From Marsupella aquatica (lineage: Eukaryota > Plantae > Marchantiophyta), in NCBI GenBank assembly GCA_973895155.1, contig OZ316891.1, forward strand, positions 11,902,771 through 11,966,770: a stretch of DNA of 64,000 nt, written 5' to 3'. A program made the translations under genes and the position numbers. Positions 63,146 to 64,000 of this stretch are shown piece by piece. Every line of letters starts with the position of its first letter. Positions within the stretch are counted from its first letter, which is position 1. Below the pieces are notes generated by a model. That model ran no database searches, was not told the origin of the DNA, and was given only the letters and a program-made list of their open reading frames with translations.

Positions 63146-64000
63146 GGTCTATTTCACTGAGAATAGGAAAATCATCATGCATTGACTTAAGATGAATTTC
63201 TTTCCACCTCTGCATGCATCTCAAGCTTTTGAAAATAGGTTTTGATAGTCAATTCTGACCAGTAACGTCACATGCGAACTGCTTCCAGCAAATCTTACCC
63301 GCCTCCCTACCATGGTTTGCTTTTGTTTTGCATTCTAGTATTGTCGTTCACTAGCCCTATACTCTCTCCTATACTTCTCATTCTCCGTACCTTGCAAAAC
63401 AAATCGACAACGTAATGGAAACATTGTATTATATGTAAAAGCCATGAATTCCAGCAAATGACCAACCTTGAACTTACACGTTTGTGACAGGAAGAATGAA
63501 CAGCGCAAAACGCGAAAGACGAAAGGCATTGAAGCTTACCGTTCATCCATCTCAATGTTTTAATTTCACAAAGTAACAAGAAATATATAGATCACAGTGA
63601 ATTCTTTGAGCTTTTCCAGGCCAGTAAAATTTACAGGATGATAACACGTAGTAGTACAGTTCAGCTTGGCGTACTCTTGTCTGTTTATATGCTCCTCACA
63701 TATATGGTATCAATCTTTGGTCTTCTTGGGGTTTTTTTCCTTTTTCCCCCACTTTATTGGGTCTCTCGCATGTGGTATCTGGTTCTCCAGGATTGGCAGT
63801 GTGAAATATATCGATCCTCCCATCGCATCTACTACTGGACTCCTCCTCATGGTATCAATCATACTTTTCGACGATCTGGTTTACAGAGAACTTGCTTTAG
63901 CGTGCCTTTGTTTTGTTTTAACTGCTTTTTGTGAGGGGGAAAGAAGCGGAAGAGTACCCGTGCAAAGGGGCTCTGGCCGGAGAGCTAAAATAGCGGAGAG

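Overview
Eukaryotic, land-plant nuclear DNA. A non-seed plant such as a bryophyte is plausible; this is inferred only from the RLE-type retroelement remnants and gene style. Four protein-coding genes are supported: an intronless PERK-type proline-rich receptor kinase (+, 18794-21445), a multi-exon UMAMIT/WAT1 (MtN21) transporter whose exon 2 looks damaged (-, 34993-30409), an NPL4-like protein (+, 45466-47478) and a DUF3067-type, probably plastid, protein (+, 52895-54369). A young, near-intact Ty1/Copia LTR retrotransposon (58044-63145) carries one nonsense codon and an RNase H insertion. Intergenic DNA is a mosaic of small transposons, most with readable termini and target-site duplications (TSDs): PIF/Harbinger, Mutator and Tc1/pogo MITEs (several nested), two copies of a tRNA-derived SINE, a solo LTR, a probable Helitron, a CACTA relic and CRE-like (RLE) non-LTR relics. 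There is also an inverted pseudogene fragment of a UMAMIT paralogue. I found no CRISPR arrays, rRNA or bona fide tRNA. I see no clearly new multi-gene system; the best leads are the SINE family, the intronless PERK with a long tail, the decaying UMAMIT pair and the Copia RNase H anomalies. All calls are by eye, without database searches.
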